Source: a candidate division CPR3 bacterium GWF2_35_18
Lineage (GTDB): Bacteria; Patescibacteriota; CPR3; GWF2-35-18
Direction: 5' to 3'
DNA: 64,000 bases
Assembly (NCBI GenBank): GCA_001771135.1
Contig: MESW01000002.1
Span: 69,315-133,314, forward strand
Positions within the stretch are counted from its first letter, which is position 1, and each line of letters begins with the position of its first letter. The notes under the pieces are model-generated. The model ran no database searches. It had not been told where the DNA came from and worked only from the letters and a program-made list of their open reading frames with translations. Below, in pieces: positions 39,256 through 52,087 of this stretch. Both the position numbers and the translations under genes were made by a program.

Positions 39256-39796
39256 TATTAAGCAATCTCAATATCAAAACGCAGGGTTTATTGTTCGGTT
39301 TTTGGCTTTTCTCGTAGACCATTTGATTCTTTGGCTCCCTTTTTTATTAATTAGTCTTTTTATCACTTTAGGTAGTAGTTCTACATCAGATCTTTTAGTG
39401 AAATTAGGAATATTAACCCTTTATTATCTTATTATTCAGGAAATTTTATGGCTTTTCTATCAAACACTAACGACTTCCTATTGGGGCGGGTCTCTGGGAA
39501 AAGAGGCTTTTAACCTCACGATTCTGAACGAAAAAGGAGAAAAACTAAGTTTGAGGGATTCACTTTTTCGTTACGTAATTGGTTATACGGTTTCAGGACT
39601 AGTTTTTGGCTTAGGGTTTTTATGGATTATCAAAGATGATCAAATGAGAGCTTGGCATGATCTGCTTATTGGTTCAAAAGTTGTTGTTAAGGAAAAAGAC
39701 TACATTTTGGGAGTTTTATCTCTTTTGGGATTAGTGCTTGTTTCTAGTATTTTTATCTTTATTTTGGTATTTAAAATCGTCTCTTTCATGAACTAG
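39245..39796 (+). CDS. RDD family protein
   Basis: AGFIVRFLAFLVD, GSLGK, RAWHDLLIGSKVV. Confidence 0.9.
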   Translation: MQSSIKQSQYQNAGFIVRFLAFLVDHLILWLPFLLISLFITLGSSSTSDLLVKLGILTLYYLIIQEILWLFYQTLTTSYWGGSLGKEAFNLTILNEKGEKLSLRDSLFRYVIGYTVSGLVFGLGFLWIIKDDQMRAWHDLLIGSKVVVKEKDYILGVLSLLGLVLVSSIFIFILVFKIVSFMN

Positions 39797-39805
39797 TTTT
39801 AGTAT

Positions 39806-39835
39806 TTGACTTTCAGTTTCCGTTTGTGGTATAAA
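39806..39835 (+). promoter_or_regulatory. Independent promoter of the tRNA-Ala-23S-5S unit
   Basis: TTGACT-18 nt-TATAAA with extended TG; boxA-like TGTTCTTTAAAA at about 40172. Confidence 0.65.
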
Positions 39836-40010
39836 TTAAGTCGCGAAATGATGTACTTTTTCAACCAAAACAACGGATCGATGGGAAGCCTTAGAAGCAA
39901 TCGAGAAAAATCATATATTTTCCAAGATTCTCGAGCCACTTAGACTTTTTCCATCAAAACAATTGAACATATTTTTTAGGACCCTTGAGGGGGATTTTTT
40001 AATTTTTTCC

Positions 40011-40086
40011 GGGCCTGTGGCGTAGTTGGTAGCGCGTCTCGTTTGCAACGAGAAGGTCAGGAGTTCGAATCTCCTCAGGTCCACCA
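40011..40086 (+). tRNA. tRNA-Ala(UGC)
   Basis: G3:U70 pair, TCTCG-TTTGCAA-CGAGA, ACCA. Confidence 0.95.
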
Positions 40087-40214
40087 AAATTCAATTGCGT
40101 AAAAAATTATAAACTTTAAGTACTAAATACTAAATGTTTAGGATTTAGAAATTATAATTTTTAAAACCTTTGTTCTTTAAAAACTGGATAGAATTTCAAC
40201 ATCTTCGTATTTTA

Positions 40215-43188
<2,974 letters not shown>

Positions 43189-43326
43189 AAAATGAAGAAG
43201 GCTGATTTTCTATCCAGTACTTTAGAGAACAAATCTCTAAGCACATAAATAATAATTTTATATTACCTGTCGGATTTAACTGCTAGTAAGTATATTTTTA
43301 GTCTACGAAAATACTAAAAAACTGCT

Positions 43327-43444
43327 TCCTGGTAGTTAGAGCAAGGGGGTTCTACCTCTTTCCATTCCGAACAGAGTCGTAAAAACCTTTAGCAGGAAAG
43401 ATACTTGGTTCACAAGGACCTGGGAAAATACCTCGCTGCCAGGA
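43327..43444 (+). rRNA. rrf: 5S rRNA
   Basis: TCCTGG...CCATTCCGAAC...GCTGCCAGGA. Confidence 0.9.
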
Positions 43445-43449
43445 CAAAG

Positions 43450-43477
43450 AAATCTCCAATAATATGGAGATTTTTTT
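43450..43477 (+). terminator. Intrinsic terminator after 5S
   Basis: AAATCTCCA-ataata-TGGAGATTTTTTT. Confidence 0.8.
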
Positions 43478-43506
43478 GTAGGTGAATTTGTTCTATACTT
43501 ATATTC

Positions 43507-44088
43507 ATGAATATTATTGTTATTGATAACGGTACTAATAATTTACAGAAGCTGTTGTTTTTATTGAAAAACCATAATACTGAGATTATCAACGTTAAAA
43601 AAATCAACTTGAAGAATACGAGTAAAGCTGATTTAATTATCCTTTCTGGTAGTAGTAAAAATGCAGTAGTTAAAAATAAGTCTTTATATAATAAAGAGAT
43701 AGAATTAATAAAAAAATCTAAGGTTCCAATGATCGGTATTTGTTTAGGTTTTGAGTTAATTTCTTTTGTTTATCACACTGAATTGAAACTTAGAGAAGAA
43801 AGAGAAAAAGGGTTTGTAGATATTGAAATAGTTAATAATGAGGCGATTTTTAAGGATTTACCGAATTTAAAAGTTTTTGAATCTCACCGTTGGTATATAG
43901 ATAGATTGTCTCCGGATTTAGTTATGTTGGCAAAATCTGAGTCTGGAATTGAAATTATTAAACATACAAATAGGATGATCTATGGATTTCAATTTCACCC
44001 TGAGTTATATATCACAAAAACTTGTGGACACAAGATTTTTTTTAATCTCCTTCATTACATTGAAAAATCAAAATTAATAGTTGAGTAA
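43507..44088 (+). CDS. Class I glutamine amidotransferase (GMP synthase-like GAT domain)
   Basis: IILSGS, GICLG, ESH, GFQFHPE. Confidence 0.88.
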   Translation: MNIIVIDNGTNNLQKLLFLLKNHNTEIINVKKINLKNTSKADLIILSGSSKNAVVKNKSLYNKEIELIKKSKVPMIGICLGFELISFVYHTELKLREEREKGFVDIEIVNNEAIFKDLPNLKVFESHRWYIDRLSPDLVMLAKSESGIEIIKHTNRMIYGFQFHPELYITKTCGHKIFFNLLHYIEKSKLIVE

Positions 44089-44280
44089 TTTAGTATAAAC
44101 TGGATTACTAATATTCCTATTTTCAAATTGAAATAATTCAGTTATATCCAAATAAACCAGATTTTAAACTTTAATATATGATTATTTGGATTATACTCAG
44201 TAATGTTATTGCAAATTATAGTAAGATGAGTATATAATTGCGGTGTTCGAAATTCATCAGAAAGGATGTGAAAAGAAAAA

Positions 44281-45384
44281 GTGAATAAAAAAGATACTGT
44301 TGCGGCTTCCGAAGCTAGGTCAATGGATGATCTGAAAGATAATCCTCTATTTAATCCCAAACCAATCAAAAGAAATAAAATAGTCGAAGGAATTGTGTTA
44401 TCGATTAATGATAACGAGATTTTGGTTGATTTAGGTACTAAAGCAGAAGGAGTTATCTTAGGTAAGGAACTCCGAGCTGAAAAAGATTTTCTTTCTCAAC
44501 TCAAAAAAGGTGATTCTATTTTAGCTTCTGTAGCTCAAGTCGAAAATGATCATGGTCAAGTCGTTCTTTCATTACGTCGTGCGGGAATTGAACGCCGATG
44601 GAGGAAATTGGAACAGGCCTTTGAAGAAAAAACTCCAGTTAAAGTAAAAGTCATTGATTTCAATCGTGGCGGACTTCTTGTTGACGGAGGTATTCGAGGA
44701 TTTATTCCTATCTCTCAGTTATCTCAAAATATATTTCCAAGTACTGGAAGTAAAGAAGAGGTTGAAGATTCCTTGGAAAAACTCAAGGGAAAAGAGATTG
44801 AAGCATATGTTCTAGAGGCGAATAGAAAAGCTAATAAACTTATTCTTTCAGCTCGTCCACTTGATCAGATCAGTTTTTCTCACGACCAAAAGGCTGAAGT
44901 TTTATCTAAAGTAAAGAGTGATGATGTTATTCCAGGAACAGTCACCAGAATTGTTCCTTTTGGTATCTTAGTAGATATCGGAGGCATTGACGGTCTTGTT
45001 CATATTTCTGAAGTCTCTTGGGATAGGCTTAAAAAACCGGAAGATCTTTACTCTGTAGGTGAAAAAGTCAAAGTTTTGGTTCTTGAGAAAAATGAAGATG
45101 AAGGGAAAATTTTATTATCTTTAAAGCGGTTGCAAGATGATCCATGGACTAAACTAGAAGGTAAATACTCTGAAGGACAGGAAGTCGAAGGGGAAGTTAC
45201 AAAGTTAACTACCTTTGGCGCTTTTGTCCGGGTTGGAGAAGGAATTGATGGTCTTGTTCATAGCTCTAGACTATTGGATCTTAATCTCGAACTTAAAGTT
45301 GGAGATAAAGGTTTATTCAAAATTACTACTTTGAATGTAGCTTTAAAGAGAATGGGTTTAGAACCTATCGTTGATAAAAGTTAG
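44281..45384 (+). CDS. rpsA: 30S ribosomal protein S1 (short, about 4 S1 domains)
   Basis: VDLGTKAEG, GFIPISQL, DGLVHISEVSW, FGAFV. Confidence 0.9.
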   Translation: MNKKDTVAASEARSMDDLKDNPLFNPKPIKRNKIVEGIVLSINDNEILVDLGTKAEGVILGKELRAEKDFLSQLKKGDSILASVAQVENDHGQVVLSLRRAGIERRWRKLEQAFEEKTPVKVKVIDFNRGGLLVDGGIRGFIPISQLSQNIFPSTGSKEEVEDSLEKLKGKEIEAYVLEANRKANKLILSARPLDQISFSHDQKAEVLSKVKSDDVIPGTVTRIVPFGILVDIGGIDGLVHISEVSWDRLKKPEDLYSVGEKVKVLVLEKNEDEGKILLSLKRLQDDPWTKLEGKYSEGQEVEGEVTKLTTFGAFVRVGEGIDGLVHSSRLLDLNLELKVGDKGLFKITTLNVALKRMGLEPIVDKS

Positions 45385-45415
45385 ATTTCTTGATTACTTA
45401 TAATCAAGAAATTAT

Positions 45416-45451
45416 GGAGGGGTGGCGCATTAAGCGCCACCCCTCCTTTTT
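45416..45451 (+). terminator. Intrinsic terminator after rpsA
   Basis: GGAGGGGTGGCGC-attaa-GCGCCACCCCTCC-TTTTT. Confidence 0.9.
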
Positions 45452-45551
45452 CTATTTCATAGATCTATAATTTACATGATTTTTAGGTTTCACAATGGTA
45501 TACTTGAGATTACTTTCGTTCTATTCAAAATTTCAGTTTAAGGATTTCTTT

Positions 45552-46892
45552 ATGGGAAAACAATCAACCGTTTTTATTTGTCAAAATTGTGGAAGTCAGT
45601 ATACATCTTGGATGGGACGTTGCTCAAATTGTAACCAGTGGAATACTTTGATTGAAGAGATTAAAGAGGAAAAGGAAAGTGTCGGTGGAGAGAAGAAGGG
45701 AAAGATGCAACTTCTTTCTCTATCCTCAATTTCCAGTGAGAAAATCACCAGAATTGCTACCGGATTTTCTGAATTTGATCTTATCTTAGGAGGAGGAATT
45801 GTAAAAGGGAGTTTAATTTTACTTTCTGGGGAACCTGGCGTTGGGAAGTCGACTCTATTATTACAGCTGGTTCAAAATTTACTAAATAATCAAGAGAAGT
45901 TTCAAATTCTCTATATTTCTGGAGAAGAATCTCCAGAGCAAATTAAAATTCGTGCCGAAAGATTGGAAAATTCCGACAAAAATCTAACCACTGATAAGTC
46001 TCTATTAGTAGCCTCAGAAACAATAATTGAGAAAATAATTACCTCAATTGAGGAAGAAAAGCCGTCTTTACTCATAATTGATTCCATTCAAACTGTTTTT
46101 AGCGAAAAATTGAACAGTTATCCTGGAAGTGTTAGTCAGGTTCGTTTCTGTGCCAACGAAATTATGAGGGCAATAAAGAGATTAAAAATTCCCACCTTTA
46201 TCGTGGGTCAGGTGACAAAAGAAGGAATTGTGGCTGGTCCTAAAGTTTTGGAACATCTTGTTGATGTTGTCCTTCAAATCGAAGGTGGGGAAGCTCAAGA
46301 CTTTCGCCTTCTGCGATCTTTGAAAAACCGATTTGGAAATACTGATGAAATCGGAATTTTCCAGATGGGGGAAAGAGGATTAACCGAAGTCAAAAATCCG
46401 TCAGCGGTATTTTTGGACGAACATGAGAGTAATATTCCAGGATCAGTGAAAACTGTATTTTTAGAAGGGAAAAGATGTTTACTTGCAGAGATTCAAGCCC
46501 TTATTGTTCCTAACTATTTCCCTCCACTGCGACGTACTGCTACCGGAATTGATTATAATCGTTTATTACTTCTTGTCGCTGTTCTTGAGAGAAGATTAGG
46601 CTTGAAATTACAGAATAAAGATATTTATATCAAAGTTTCCGGAGGATTGAAGCTTCAAGATCCAGCTATAGATTTGGCTGTTTGTGGAGCGATTATTTCT
46701 GCCTATCAGAATAAGGTTCTTAGCAATAATATTGTTATGGTTGGAGAGATTGGTTTACTTGGTGAAGTTCGAGGGGTCTCACAGCTAAATAAACGGATAA
46801 AAGAAGCAAACAAACAGGGATTTAAGAACGTTTATAGTTCTCAGAGCTACAAAAATCTTCTGGATATTCAAAAAGTTCTAAATCGTGATTAA
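45552..46892 (+). CDS. radA: DNA repair protein RadA/Sms
   Basis: CQNCG...CSNC zinc finger, GEPGVGKST, KNRFG. Confidence 0.96.
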   Translation: MGKQSTVFICQNCGSQYTSWMGRCSNCNQWNTLIEEIKEEKESVGGEKKGKMQLLSLSSISSEKITRIATGFSEFDLILGGGIVKGSLILLSGEPGVGKSTLLLQLVQNLLNNQEKFQILYISGEESPEQIKIRAERLENSDKNLTTDKSLLVASETIIEKIITSIEEEKPSLLIIDSIQTVFSEKLNSYPGSVSQVRFCANEIMRAIKRLKIPTFIVGQVTKEGIVAGPKVLEHLVDVVLQIEGGEAQDFRLLRSLKNRFGNTDEIGIFQMGERGLTEVKNPSAVFLDEHESNIPGSVKTVFLEGKRCLLAEIQALIVPNYFPPLRRTATGIDYNRLLLLVAVLERRLGLKLQNKDIYIKVSGGLKLQDPAIDLAVCGAIISAYQNKVLSNNIVMVGEIGLLGEVRGVSQLNKRIKEANKQGFKNVYSSQSYKNLLDIQKVLNRD

Positions 46893-47049
46893 AATTAATT
46901 AATTTCTAACTTATTTTAAGTTAGGAATAATATTACTATTAATTTTTTGGTTTTATTTACAGATATCACATTCTGAAATAGAATAATAAAATTCATTTGT
47001 AATATCTGATAGAAATATACCTTAATATAAAAATAAATTTTGTGTCTAT

Positions 47050-48207
47050 ATGATAACAAAAGCAATTACAACTGATTTTCCAAAGGAAAGTTTGAAACTA
47101 CTTTTTCTAGAAGCAGATCAAGTCCTAGTTATTCAGCCTCCTCGTTTAGGATTATCGATTATGACTGAAAATTTCACCATGGCCGTTAAAAAAGCAATTT
47201 CAAGCTTTTCAACGCCAAAAATTCCAAAACTAATCTTATGTACGGCTTTTACAGAGCTTTTTAGGAACGATCCAAATTTTGATTTAGTAATTACACATGA
47301 GAAATATCGAGAATTTTTGAGAGAACAGAAACTCAGTAAAAAAAACCTGTTTGTTGTTGACCTGACTAATGATGATCACAACAAGTTTTTGTTTGAATAT
47401 GATCGAATGATGAAATGGCCAATTAAACAACGTCCGTATTATTCTCAAGTTAATTTCCATTGGCAGAATCTGCCGACAGGAAAAGGAGAAGAAAACACTA
47501 TAGGTAGTCGTTACTTAATTTTACTGGAACAGATTTTTGGTAAAAATCTCTTCGTAAAACCACGTTTTCCCAAGGTGTATTTACCCAAAAATTCTGAAGA
47601 AATATACTCTAAAATTGTGTCGGAGTACAACTTAAATCCGAATAAATGTCGAGAGATAAGTATTTTATATCTAACTGATAATGAACTTAAAAAAATTCAG
47701 GAAGATTGGTTAGTTTCATTAATTGAAAAGTTAACAAAGAAGAAGCATAATTTGGAAATTAATATTATTTTACATCCGAATAATATTGATAAGGAATGGA
47801 TAAAAGGTATGAGGGAAAAGATCCTTAAGAAACAAGGATTTTCTCTTTGGCGGAAGAAAAAATTAAATTTCCTAAGTTTTAACCTTTCTGATTTAGCAGT
47901 TTTTTTAAGCAAACAACAGCTTGTTATCGGTGTAAATTCTGGAGTTTTACACTTAACAAATGCATTGGGAGTCAAAACTATCTCTTTACAGGGTCCCAAA
48001 TCAAGACATTTTATTTCTAATTATCGTTGGGATAATTCGATCTATCCAGCTGCTGATAACTGTCCTTATTTAACAAAAACGAATACTTGGAAAGGAAAAG
48101 GTTTGTTAACAACTTGTTATTATGAAGGAAAATGTAAGAAGGAAAGAAATTGTATCTCTGAAATAAGCGTTGACAAAGTGGTAGAAAAAGCTATTGAAAT
48201 TCTTTAA
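47050..48207 (+). CDS. Glycosyltransferase family 9-like protein
   Basis: QPPRLG, VIGVNSGVLHLTNALGVKTISLQGP, Cys-rich tail ending CISEISVDKV. Confidence 0.7.
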   Translation: MITKAITTDFPKESLKLLFLEADQVLVIQPPRLGLSIMTENFTMAVKKAISSFSTPKIPKLILCTAFTELFRNDPNFDLVITHEKYREFLREQKLSKKNLFVVDLTNDDHNKFLFEYDRMMKWPIKQRPYYSQVNFHWQNLPTGKGEENTIGSRYLILLEQIFGKNLFVKPRFPKVYLPKNSEEIYSKIVSEYNLNPNKCREISILYLTDNELKKIQEDWLVSLIEKLTKKKHNLEINIILHPNNIDKEWIKGMREKILKKQGFSLWRKKKLNFLSFNLSDLAVFLSKQQLVIGVNSGVLHLTNALGVKTISLQGPKSRHFISNYRWDNSIYPAADNCPYLTKTNTWKGKGLLTTCYYEGKCKKERNCISEISVDKVVEKAIEIL

Positions 48208-48277
48208 TTTATTGAGAGTATAAGCGTTATCTAATATCTTAAGTTTAAATAGATTTAATTCGTGGTATTATACAACT

Positions 48278-48874
48278 ATGTATGGAGTTTCTAAATCAGT
48301 CCAAAAACTAATTGAACATTTTCAAAAGCTTCCCGGAGTTGGTCCCAAAAGCGCTGCCAGACTCACTTATTATCTGATCCGAATGCCAAAAGAGGAAGTT
48401 TTTGCCTTTGCAGATGCAATTAAAGACCTTAAGGAAAAAACCAAGCTTTGTTCTATCTGTGCGAATATTTCAGAAGAAGATCCTTGTCATATCTGTTCAT
48501 CGGGAACACGAAATAAATCGATTGTTTGTGTTGTTGAAGAACCTCTACAAGTTTTAGCTCTTGAAAAAAGCGGATTTAAAGGTGTTTATCATGTTTTACA
48601 TGGAGTAATTTCTCCTCTTAATAATGTTGGACCAGAGGATTTGAAGATTCGTGAGCTGCTTAATCGTTTAAAAAAGGAAAAAATTACGGAGATTGTTTTG
48701 GCTACGAATCCGACAATGGAAGGAGAAGCAACGGCGATGTACTTAAAAAAACTGATTGGTCCACTTACTATAAGAATGACGCGAATTGCAAGTGGTCTTC
48801 CTGTGGGTGGTGATCTAGAATATGCGGATGAAGTGACTTTAAGTAGAGCTCTCGAAGGAAGAAGAGATTACTAA
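48278..48874 (+). CDS. recR: Recombination mediator RecR
   Basis: LPGVGPKSA.R, C4 zinc finger, YHVLHG, EGEATA. Confidence 0.97.
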   Translation: MYGVSKSVQKLIEHFQKLPGVGPKSAARLTYYLIRMPKEEVFAFADAIKDLKEKTKLCSICANISEEDPCHICSSGTRNKSIVCVVEEPLQVLALEKSGFKGVYHVLHGVISPLNNVGPEDLKIRELLNRLKKEKITEIVLATNPTMEGEATAMYLKKLIGPLTIRMTRIASGLPVGGDLEYADEVTLSRALEGRRDY

Positions 48875-48953
48875 TTCTTAGGAAACAAGCTTAAAAAATG
48901 ATAAAATATATAAGATTGTTTTACATGAGAAAAGAAGTATAAAGGAGAATATT

Positions 48954-49604
48954 ATGGAATTCGGAAAATTAATTAAACAATTTGTTTCTAAATCTGGAAA
49001 GGAAATCACTTTACAGGTTGTGGAGGATAATGATTTACAGCTTTTGCTTGATTTTATCAATCGACTAATTCAGGAAGATACTTATATTTATCGTGAAACA
49101 GATAGCCCCGTAACTTTGGATGAAGAAAGATTGTGGCTTTCTAAAACTCTTGAAGATATTGCGCGTAACGATCAATTCTATTTTGTGGCTAAAGCTGATA
49201 ATAAGATTGTGGGAGTCGGGAATATTGTACGCGGTTGGATGAGAGAAAGAGAACAGGGGACTTTCCGAATGTCGATTGATAAAAATTATCGTGATCAAGG
49301 TCTTGGAGCAGAGATGACTCAGGTCGCAATTGATAGCGCCAAGAATATGGGATTGCGTATTCTGAAGGCCTGGATCTTTGCGGATGATGAAAAAGCCGTC
49401 TATCTAGCCAAAAAAATGAACTTTATCGAAGCCGGTAGATTACCACAGTCAATATATTTCAAAGAAAAATACATTGATGAAATTCTTTTCTTTCGGAAAC
49501 TAGAAGATATTTACATCCCTGAATATGGAGGGATGAAAGATAGTGAAACTGGAGATGAAAATGCTCCCGCTGAAATTGAACGCAGCGATGAAGATATTGT
49601 TTAA
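48954..49604 (+). CDS. GNAT family N-acetyltransferase
   Basis: YRDQGLG acetyl-CoA motif; RimJ/RimL-like. Confidence 0.85.
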   Translation: MEFGKLIKQFVSKSGKEITLQVVEDNDLQLLLDFINRLIQEDTYIYRETDSPVTLDEERLWLSKTLEDIARNDQFYFVAKADNKIVGVGNIVRGWMREREQGTFRMSIDKNYRDQGLGAEMTQVAIDSAKNMGLRILKAWIFADDEKAVYLAKKMNFIEAGRLPQSIYFKEKYIDEILFFRKLEDIYIPEYGGMKDSETGDENAPAEIERSDEDIV

Positions 49605-49613
49605 ATTTCTATC

Positions 49614-51089
49614 ATGTTAAAGATTTATAATACCTTAACCAAAAAATTAGAGTCATTTAAGCCAATTGAAGACAAAAAAGTCCGATTTTATCACTGTGGT
49701 CCGACAGTTTATTGGACACAGCATATTGGTAATCTTCGTGGAATGATGATGGCCGATCTTATTCGTCGTTCGTTGGAGTATTTAGGTTATGATGTGAATT
49801 TTGTGCGGAATTACACCGACGTTGGGCATTTAACCGGTGATAATCTTGGCGATGCGGATACTGGTGAAGATAAAATGGAAAAAGGAGCTCTCAGAGAAGG
49901 GTTAACACCTGATGAAATTGCGGATAAATATATTCGGATTTTTGAAAACGATACAAAAGCGCTTAATATTGAAGAGCCAAACAAAAAACCACGAGCGACT
50001 CAATATGTTAAGCAAATGCAGAAAATGATTACTACTCTGATAGAAAAGAGTTATGCTTACGTGACTCCGAAAGCCGTTTACTTCGATGTTTCCAAGTTTT
50101 CAAATTATAATGAATTAAATCATCAGAATCTGGAACTGAATCTATCTGGAGCAGGTACTGGTGATGTCTCGGATGCAAATAAAAAGCATAGCGTGGATTT
50201 CGCTCTCTGGTTTTTCAAAACCGGAGCACATCAAAACGCACTGCAGACTTGGGAATTCCTCGGTGTTACTTCTGAAGAAGTTGAAAATGGACGAGGTTTT
50301 CCAGGGTGGCATATTGAATGTAGCGCAATGAGTAAAGCACTACTTGGAGACACTATTGATATTCATATGGGTGGGATTGAACATATTCCTGTGCATCACA
50401 CCAATGAAATTGCCCAAAGTGAAGCCTCAAATGGAGTAAAATTCGTCAATTATTGGTTACATAACGAACATTTGAATGTTAACGGGAAGAAGATGTCAAA
50501 GTCTGAAGGAACAGGGTATTCGTTGCAAGAAGTAGTGAGTAAAAAAGTTGAGATTAAAAATAGGATGTTTGTAAATTTCGAACCCTTTGATTTACGTTAT
50601 TTCTTTTTAAACTCGCATTATAGATCGAAACAAAACTTTACTTGGGATGCTTTAAAAGACGCGAAAATTGCACGAGAAAATTTTGACGAAAGAGTTTGGT
50701 CTTTACCTGAAAGAAAAGGTAATATTGTCAAAAGCTATAAGGAAAAATTTATAAAAGCGATTGAAAATGATTTTAATATACCGCAAGGTTTAGCTATTGC
50801 ATGGGAGTTATTGAAATCAAAAGAAAAAGAAGAGGATAAAAGAGAGACAATCTTGGATTTCGATAAAGTTTTAGGATTAGGTTTAAAAGGAAGTCAAAAT
50901 ATAGGCCGAAAAATATTAGAACCAAAACATTTAAAAAATATTAAGATTAGAAATTTAATTAAAGAAAGAGATGAAGCACGATTAAATAAAGATTTTAGAA
51001 AGTCAGATGAACTGCGAAAGCTAATCGAAGCAGAAGGTTATATCGTGGAAGATACCAAAGAAGGAACGAAAGTTTATAAAAAAGAATGA
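49614..51089 (+). CDS. cysS: Cysteine--tRNA ligase
   Basis: CGPTVY, HIGN, PGWHIECSAM, KMSKS. Confidence 0.97.
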   Translation: MLKIYNTLTKKLESFKPIEDKKVRFYHCGPTVYWTQHIGNLRGMMMADLIRRSLEYLGYDVNFVRNYTDVGHLTGDNLGDADTGEDKMEKGALREGLTPDEIADKYIRIFENDTKALNIEEPNKKPRATQYVKQMQKMITTLIEKSYAYVTPKAVYFDVSKFSNYNELNHQNLELNLSGAGTGDVSDANKKHSVDFALWFFKTGAHQNALQTWEFLGVTSEEVENGRGFPGWHIECSAMSKALLGDTIDIHMGGIEHIPVHHTNEIAQSEASNGVKFVNYWLHNEHLNVNGKKMSKSEGTGYSLQEVVSKKVEIKNRMFVNFEPFDLRYFFLNSHYRSKQNFTWDALKDAKIARENFDERVWSLPERKGNIVKSYKEKFIKAIENDFNIPQGLAIAWELLKSKEKEEDKRETILDFDKVLGLGLKGSQNIGRKILEPKHLKNIKIRNLIKERDEARLNKDFRKSDELRKLIEAEGYIVEDTKEGTKVYKKE

Positions 51090-52063
51090 AGCAGTTTAAA
51101 TTAGTTGCCTTGGGTGGCACATTTGACCATCTCCATAACGGACACAAAAGCCTTTTTACAAAGGCTTTTTCAGTTTCGGAAAGAGTTATCATTGGTATCA
51201 CCTCTGACGAATTTATTAGCGGTAAAGTTTTACCTAAACAGATTCAATCTTTCAATATTCGGAAAACCCAGCTTCTTGATTATCTAAAATTCCATTATTC
51301 TGAAAATCGTTTCCAAATTATTGAATTAACGGATATCTATGGTCCGACTTTGTCGGATGACAGAATAGAAGCTTTAGTCATTGGTCCAAAAACCATGGAA
51401 GGCGCTAAAAAGATTAACGAAGTTAGGTTAAAACAGGGAAAGCAAAAACTAAAAATCATCGAAGCGGAATTTATTAAAAGCGAAGATCATAAATATTTGT
51501 CTTCAACGAGGATCAGAAAAGGAGAGATTAACCGCCACGGTGATATTTATGCCCATCTTTTCAATTCGAATATTCGTGTTACCGAGAGTTTCCGTAAGTA
51601 CTTACAACAAATTCATGGGAAAATTATCACTAATTATAACGAGTTCCCCCATAGTATTAGCAAGACGCAATTTCCAATCGTTTGGGTTGGAGATTCAGCC
51701 GGAGAATTTTTTATAAAGAATAAATTATCGTTTACCTTGGGGATTTTTGATCTGAAAACAGAGCGTAAACCAAACTTCTTTTTCCAAGATCTTTTGCAAA
51801 GACAACAGATTGATAGAGTATTGAATAAATCGGGAATAATTCAGCATAGGTTATACCAAACTATACAGAACGTAATTCAGGAACAAAAACAATATTTATA
51901 CGTACAAGGAGAAGAGGATCTAGCTGTGATTCCGCTTATTTTATTACTTCCTTTGAATTCTTTTATCTTCTATGGTTTAAAAGATACTGGTTTAATCATG
52001 ATTGAAGTTACCGAAGATAAGAAGGAAGAAGTGACAAAGAGATTAAAAAGTTGCCGCATTTGA
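51086..52063 (+). CDS. Archaeal-type phosphopantetheine adenylyltransferase fused to DUF359 (GTP-dependent dephospho-CoA kinase)
   Basis: GGTFDHLHNGH, D.YGPT, SSTRIRKGEI; C-terminal VGD, D.KTER, GEEDL, FYG. Confidence 0.82.
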   Translation: MKQFKLVALGGTFDHLHNGHKSLFTKAFSVSERVIIGITSDEFISGKVLPKQIQSFNIRKTQLLDYLKFHYSENRFQIIELTDIYGPTLSDDRIEALVIGPKTMEGAKKINEVRLKQGKQKLKIIEAEFIKSEDHKYLSSTRIRKGEINRHGDIYAHLFNSNIRVTESFRKYLQQIHGKIITNYNEFPHSISKTQFPIVWVGDSAGEFFIKNKLSFTLGIFDLKTERKPNFFFQDLLQRQQIDRVLNKSGIIQHRLYQTIQNVIQEQKQYLYVQGEEDLAVIPLILLLPLNSFIFYGLKDTGLIMIEVTEDKKEEVTKRLKSCRI

Positions 52064-52087
52064 TTGTTATGGGTAAAATAGATAGTA

